Below the pieces are notes generated by a model that was not told the DNA's origin, made no database searches, and worked only from the letters and a program-made list of their open reading frames with translations. DNA of 31,107 nucleotides, from contig JBIOXB010000009.1 of assembly GCA_044869275.1 (NCBI GenBank), positions 1-31,107 on the forward strand. Direction: 5' to 3'. The DNA comes from a bacterium (lineage in GTDB: Bacteria; Zhuqueibacterota; Zhuqueibacteria; Zhuqueibacterales; Zhuqueibacteraceae). Made by a program: the position numbers and the translations under genes. Of the stretch, positions 26,217 to 31,107 are shown piece by piece. The first letter of the stretch is position 1, and each line of letters starts with the position of its first letter.

Positions 26217-27806
26217 TTAGGGAGCGGCGGCATGGACCGGCACCGGTGATGGGGGATTTTCTCCAATAGCCGTGCTGCCGTAAGGCTCGAGCTTGGGCGC
26301 ATCTTGCACTTTGGTGGCGCGGTACTGCACGTTTTGAATCAGCGTATTCACGGAAGTTTCCATCTTGCCCAAGAACGGCTGCGCCCACACGCCCATCAAA
26401 ATCATCATGGCGGTAACCGGCGCCAACACCAGCACTTCGCGCCAATTGAGATCGCTGAGGCTGGCGTTTTCTTCCTTATCCAGCTTGCCGAACATGACAC
26501 GCTGGAACATCCACAACATATAAACTGCGGCGAAGATCACGCCGGTGGCCGCGAAAACGGCGTACCACGGATTCTTCACAAACGTGCCCAGGAGCACGAG
26601 CAGCTCGCCGACGAAGCCATTCAAACCGGGCAGGCCGATGGAGGCCAACGTCGCAATCATAAAGAACGTGGTAAAAATCGGGAGTTGGCGCGCGAGGCCG
26701 CCGAAGTCGGCGATCATGCGCGTGTGCCGCCGGTCGTAAATCATGCCGACGATCATGAAGAGCGCGCCGGTGGACAGGCCGTGATTGACCATCTGGATCA
26801 AGCCGCCCTGGAGGCCTTGCGGGGTGAGCGTGAAAATGCCGAGCATCACGAAGCCGAGATGGCTCACCGAAGAATAGGCGACCAGTTTCTTGAGATCGGG
26901 TTGCACCATGGCGACCCAGGCGCCATAAATGATGCCGATGATGGCGAGAATCGAAATGAGAGGCGCAAATCCGAGCGTGGCGTTGGGGAAGAGCGGAAGA
27001 CAGTAACGCAGAAAGCCATAGGTTCCCATTTTCAACAGCACGCCGGCCAGGATCACCGAGCCGCCGGTGGGCGCTTCCACGTGGGCGTCGGGCAGCCAGG
27101 TGTGAAATGGAAACATCGGCACTTTGATCGCGAAGGACAATGCGAAAGCGAGAAAGAGCCAGTTTTGATAGTCCGCCGGGAAAAGCAGATCGCGGATTTG
27201 GACGTAATCAAAAGTCAATGTGCCGGTCACGCGGCCGTAGTAAAAATAAATGAACAAGATCGCCACCAGCATCAGCAGGCTGCCCACCATCGTATAGATA
27301 AAGAATTTCACCGCCGCATATACGCGCCGCTCGCCGCCCCACACACCGATAATGAAATACATTGGAATCAGCATCACTTCCCAGAACACGTAAAACAGCA
27401 GCAAATCGAGCGCGACAAACACGCCAATCATGCCGCATTCCAAGAGCAGCATGGAGACGAGATACCCTTTCACGCTGCGCTTGATGTTGTCCCACGAGGA
27501 CAGGAGCACCAGCGGCGAAAGCAGAGTCGTGAGCAAAACCATGAGCAAGCTCAGCCCATCGACGCCGAGATGATAGGTCGAGCGCAGCGCCGGAATCCAC
27601 TCGTATTGTTCTTCAAATTGAAAGGCCGTGAGCGCGCCATCGAAACCGAAGAACAGCGGCAGGCTCACGATAAAGGCAACCACGCTGGTGCCCAGCGCCA
27701 GCAGGCGCATCAGGCCGGGATGGTCCCTTGGCACCAGGCTCACCAACGCCGCACCAGCAACGGGGATGATGATTAACAGAGAGAGTATTGGCAAGTTTTC
27801 GGGCAT
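26217..27806 (-). CDS. nuoM: NADH-quinone oxidoreductase subunit M
   Basis: LGVDGLS, FYVFWE, KVPMFPFHTWLPDAHVEAPT, LLKMGTYG, LVAYSSVSHLG, GLPGLNGFVGE. Confidence 0.97.
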   Translation of the reverse strand: MPENLPILSLLIIIPVAGAALVSLVPRDHPGLMRLLALGTSVVAFIVSLPLFFGFDGALTAFQFEEQYEWIPALRSTYHLGVDGLSLLMVLLTTLLSPLVLLSSWDNIKRSVKGYLVSMLLLECGMIGVFVALDLLLFYVFWEVMLIPMYFIIGVWGGERRVYAAVKFFIYTMVGSLLMLVAILFIYFYYGRVTGTLTFDYVQIRDLLFPADYQNWLFLAFALSFAIKVPMFPFHTWLPDAHVEAPTGGSVILAGVLLKMGTYGFLRYCLPLFPNATLGFAPLISILAIIGIIYGAWVAMVQPDLKKLVAYSSVSHLGFVMLGIFTLTPQGLQGGLIQMVNHGLSTGALFMIVGMIYDRRHTRMIADFGGLARQLPIFTTFFMIATLASIGLPGLNGFVGELLVLLGTFVKNPWYAVFAATGVIFAAVYMLWMFQRVMFGKLDKEENASLSDLNWREVLVLAPVTAMMILMGVWAQPFLGKMETSVNTLIQNVQYRATKVQDAPKLEPYGSTAIGENPPSPVPVHAAAP

Positions 27807-27837
27807 ACATTCCAGTTCAGGCAATTGCTCTGTGCGG

Positions 27838-27865
27838 TTTACGCCTCACGTTTCGCGTCTTTCAC
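27838..27865. repeat. Short heptamer array (YTYACGY-like) between nuoL and nuoM
   Basis: TTTACGC CTCACGT TTCGCGT CTTTCAC. Confidence 0.45.
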
Positions 27866-27874
27866 TTGATTTCA

Positions 27875-29812
27875 TCACCTCATCATGAGATAACCCAGCA
27901 CCAAAATCAATCCAATCAAAATCGAAACCGCATAGTTCTGCACGATGCCGGTCTGCCAGCGCCGCAGGACGGCCGCGCTCTTGTCGAAGACGCGCGGCAG
28001 GGCATTCACGAAACCGTCGATGACTTTAACATCGAAGATCTTCCACAAGAAACCTTCGGACAAGCGATAAATCGGGCGGACGAAAAGCGCGTCATAGATT
28101 TCGTCAATATAGTATTTGTGCACGAGCAACTGATAATAGCCCTTGAATTTCGCGGCCCACTGCTCGGGAAGATTGGGCCGCTCGAGATAGATTTTCCGTG
28201 CCGCCCAGATACCCAACGCCGCGACGGCGACGGACAAGACCATTAAACCCAATTCCAAGCCCAGGCCAGCGTGGCCAAGCTCGTGGCCGCCGGGCGGGCG
28301 GTAAAGCGCAAACACAGGCTCCAAGAATTCTTCAATCTTATTAAAAAAATGTGGAATGCCGACGAAGCCGCCAACAGCGGAAAAAAAGGCGAGAATGAGG
28401 AGCGGCACGGTCATGAGCTTGGGCGACTCGTGCACATGGTTCATCACCATCGGATCGACGCGCGAAGTGCCGTGGAATGTCATGAAGATCACGCGGAACA
28501 TGTAAAAGGCGGTCAGGCCGGCGGTGAGCAGTGCCAGGACGTAAAAAACGGGCGAGCCGTGCGGGCTGATCAATGCTCTCACTAAGATTTCATCTTTCGA
28601 GAAAAAGCCGGAGAAAAACGGAATGCCGGATATGGCCAGGCCGCCGATGAGGAAAGTTTTGTGCGTGAGCGGCAGGTGTTTCTTGAGATCGCCCATTTTG
28701 GTGAGGCGCGTTTCGCCGCTGAGCGCGTGCATGACGCTGCCCGCACCCAGGAAGAGTAGGGCTTTGAAGAACGCGTGTGTCATCAAATGGAAAATACCCG
28801 CGCCAAAAGCGCCCACGCCGCAGGCGAGAAACATGTACCCGAGCTGGCTGATGGTGGAATACGCGAGCACTTTCTTGATATCGATGGCGGTGAGCGCCAT
28901 CGTTGCCGCGAAGAGCGCGGTCACCACTCCGATCGCCGCGACCACGGTCAGCGCCAGACCGGTCTGCAAAAAGAGCACGCTGCAGCGCGACACCATATAA
29001 ACGCCGGCAGTAACCATGGTGGCCGCGTGAATCAAAGCGGACACGGGCGTGGGGCCGGCCATGGCATCCGGAAGCCAAACATAGAGCGGCAATTGCGCGG
29101 ATTTACCCGTGGCACCGACGAACAACAAGAGGCAAATGCCGGTGGCCAGCTCGGAAGAAATGCCCATGCTCGCCTGCTGGAAGACGGCGTCGTAATCCAG
29201 CGAGCCGAAACTGTCGAAGATCAAAAACATGCCGAGCAGAAAACCGAAATCGCCGATGCGATTGACAATGAACGCCTTGCTGCCGGCTTGCGCGCACGTC
29301 ATGCCCGTGGCTTCATCGAAGATGCGGTCGTAATAAAACCCGATGAGCAAATACGAGCACAGGCCCACGCCCTCCCAGCCCACGAACATGACCAGGAAAT
29401 TGTTGCCCATGACCAGCAGCAACATGGCGAAAGTGAAGAGATTCAGAAAGGCGAAATAGCGAAAAAAGCCGCGCTCGCCGTGCATGTAGCCGATGGAATA
29501 CACGTGAATCAAAAAACCCACGCCGGTGACGACGAGCACCATGAGCATGGAGAGCGCGTCCAGGCGAAAGCTCACCTCGACGACAAAATTCCCGGCGGCC
29601 ATCCAGCGGTAGAGATTCTGTATCAGCACGCGGGATTCCGGCGCGAGGGCAATAAAATCAAAGAAGGTGAAAGCAGCAGCAATAAAACTGGCGAAAACGG
29701 CGCCTGCGCCAAGCAAACCGACCGTCTTTTCATTCAAACGCGCGCCCAGCAAGCCGTTGATCGCGAAGCCCAGAAGAGGAAAGAAAGGAATGGTCCAAAG
29801 ATATTCGTTCAT
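27875..29812 (-). CDS. nuoL: NADH-quinone oxidoreductase subunit L
   Basis: IHVYSIGYM, GWEGVGLCSYLLIGF, GKSAQLPLYVWLPDAMAGPTPVSALIHAATMVTAG, THAFFKALLFL. TGATG overlap with nuoK. Confidence 0.98.
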   Translation of the reverse strand: MNEYLWTIPFFPLLGFAINGLLGARLNEKTVGLLGAGAVFASFIAAAFTFFDFIALAPESRVLIQNLYRWMAAGNFVVEVSFRLDALSMLMVLVVTGVGFLIHVYSIGYMHGERGFFRYFAFLNLFTFAMLLLVMGNNFLVMFVGWEGVGLCSYLLIGFYYDRIFDEATGMTCAQAGSKAFIVNRIGDFGFLLGMFLIFDSFGSLDYDAVFQQASMGISSELATGICLLLFVGATGKSAQLPLYVWLPDAMAGPTPVSALIHAATMVTAGVYMVSRCSVLFLQTGLALTVVAAIGVVTALFAATMALTAIDIKKVLAYSTISQLGYMFLACGVGAFGAGIFHLMTHAFFKALLFLGAGSVMHALSGETRLTKMGDLKKHLPLTHKTFLIGGLAISGIPFFSGFFSKDEILVRALISPHGSPVFYVLALLTAGLTAFYMFRVIFMTFHGTSRVDPMVMNHVHESPKLMTVPLLILAFFSAVGGFVGIPHFFNKIEEFLEPVFALYRPPGGHELGHAGLGLELGLMVLSVAVAALGIWAARKIYLERPNLPEQWAAKFKGYYQLLVHKYYIDEIYDALFVRPIYRLSEGFLWKIFDVKVIDGFVNALPRVFDKSAAVLRRWQTGIVQNYAVSILIGLILVLGYLMMR

Positions 29813-30111
29813 CACCACTTCATCAAATTAAGCTCATCGACAAAAACCGTTTCGCGCACGCGGAAAATTGCCACCATCAGCGCCAGGCCGATCGCGACTT
29901 CGGCGGCGGCCACCACCATCACGAAAAACACAAAGATCTGGCCCTCGATATTTTGCCATTGCGCTGCAAAGGCCACGAACGTCAGGTTAACCGCGTTCAG
30001 CATCAATTCAATCGACATAAAGATGACGATGGCATTGCGGCGCAGCAACACGCCGGCCACGCCGATGGCGAACAGGCTCGCGCTCAGAATCAAATAATAA
30101 GAAAGCGGCAT
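29812..30111 (-). CDS. nuoK: NADH-quinone oxidoreductase subunit K
   Basis: [33 protein letters not shown]. Confidence 0.97.
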   Translation of the reverse strand: MPLSYYLILSASLFAIGVAGVLLRRNAIVIFMSIELMLNAVNLTFVAFAAQWQNIEGQIFVFFVMVVAAAEVAIGLALMVAIFRVRETVFVDELNLMKW

Positions 30112-30137
30112 GAAAGTTCCTGCTTATTTCGAGACAA

Positions 30138-30268
30138 AATCGAAGAGCGAGAATTGAAGATCCATGATCGAAATAGCGAGCACGCGCATTCGCAAACGCG
30201 CTGCTTTCGTTGTTTTTTTTGCGATCTTCAAGCTTCCCTCCTCGACCTTCGCGACGCCATCCACGATC
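30138..30268. repeat. Two converging degenerate heptamer arrays between nuoJ and nuoK
   Basis: AATCGAA GAGCGAG AATTGAA GATCCAT GATCGAA, then complementary-type GATCTTC AAGCTTC CCTCCTC GACCTTC ... CATCCAC GATC. Confidence 0.55.
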
Positions 30269-30270
30269 TG

Positions 30271-30786
30271 CTAACTCAACCTTTGCTTCGCCAAAATCAC
30301 CGCGCCGACGATGCCGACCAGCAGAAGCACGGAAGCGATCTCAAACGGCAGCAAGTACGTCGTGAACAACGCGCGCCCGATTTCGGAGGTGCCACCCACG
30401 AGATTCTGGCCGAGGCCCACGCGCGCCACATGCTCGCCGCCGAGCTGAAAAGCCGCAACGAGCAACGCACCGACTTCAATCAAAAACACCGTAACCAAAC
30501 CCACACCCAGTGCGCGGCGCGCCACTTTCAAACGCTCGCGCGCGGGATCGCGCTTGAGGTTGAGCAGCATAATGACGAAGAGGAATAACACCATGATGGC
30601 GCCGGCATAAACAATGACGTGCACCGCAGCGACGAAAGGCGCATTCAGCAGCACGAAAAATCCCGCGAGCGCAAACAAAGTCACGATCAAAAAAATTGCG
30701 CTATACACAGGATTGCGATGCAAGACCATCGCGATCGCCGAGGCCACGGCAATGAGAGCGAACATGAAAAAAAGGATCGTTTGCAC
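30271..30786 (-). CDS. nuoJ: NADH-quinone oxidoreductase subunit J
   Basis: RNPVYSA, VYAGAIMVLFLFVIMLL, YLLPFEIASVLLLV. GTG at 30786 preferred as the start. Confidence 0.95.
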   Translation of the reverse strand: MQTILFFMFALIAVASAIAMVLHRNPVYSAIFLIVTLFALAGFFVLLNAPFVAAVHVIVYAGAIMVLFLFVIMLLNLKRDPARERLKVARRALGVGLVTVFLIEVGALLVAAFQLGGEHVARVGLGQNLVGGTSEIGRALFTTYLLPFEIASVLLLVGIVGAVILAKQRLS

Positions 30787-31035
30787 GAAAATTACCGCAG
30801 CGTTTTCAGTGTGAAGAGATGCAAAGCTTGGTCCGGTCTGTGGCATTGACCACGGGAGAGAGGAGTAGAAAAAAAGGAAGCGGCCCAAGGGTGCGCGAAC
30901 AAAACGGAAAGAAGGCGGCAAATCCTTGCCTCCGTCCGAAAGCCGGTCTTGATTGGCAAAGAATCTCGAACTCCCACAGCCAAGCGTTTATTCATGAAAG
31001 GCAAGCCAACTAAACATATGTTTTTCAAATCGGGC

Positions 31036-31063
31036 AATTTACAATCTTTGCCCTAAAAGTCAA
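31036..31063 (-). promoter_or_regulatory. Possible sigma70 promoter for nuoJ-N
   Basis: Minus strand TTGACT-N16-TAAATT. Confidence 0.45.
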
Positions 31064-31107
31064 GCGGATTTTCCGGCGAAAGTTCCCAATTGACTTTACC
31101 AGGAAAA

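Noticed and set aside
26304..30097. Long plus-strand ORFs (26304-27776, 28775-30097, also 22854-24038, 17578-18636, 9973-11019 and others)
   Set aside because: Antisense shadows of well-supported minus-strand genes in GC-rich DNA, with no recognisable motifs.

Overview
Bacterial chromosomal window, roughly 55-60% GC by eye, with almost every gene on the minus strand. The FlgD/T9SS-like C-terminal domains and intergenic heptamer repeats resemble KSB1/Calditrichota-type genomes (inference only). In transcription order, right to left: a stand-alone nuoJKLMN block, a GH47 alpha-1,2-mannosidase, a frameshifted coiled-coil gene, a carboxylesterase, two ABC half-transporters with an uncharacterised exported protein between them, a partial cytochrome c maturation cluster (ccmH, ccmI-like Zn-ribbon, ccmABCD), a small membrane protein, a two-gene unit (PhyH-type dioxygenase + strongly divergent PurD-like ATP-grasp ligase), a broken TM-NB-ARC-TPR (STAND) gene, an IMPase-family gene, an exported protein, an OPT transporter, aspartate kinase and proB. 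The most unusual signals are mostly outside the ORF track. (1) Two copies of a ~120-130 bp MITE-like element, each sitting at the same GATTC position inside a REP-like hairpin. (2) Collapsed gene relics in intergenic DNA: a PQQ-propeller/PKD/C-terminal sorting-domain relic and an MNT-HEPN toxin-antitoxin relic. (3) A STAND/TPR junction that reads sensibly in two frames. (4) The PhyH + PurD-like pair, a candidate undescribed enzymatic module.
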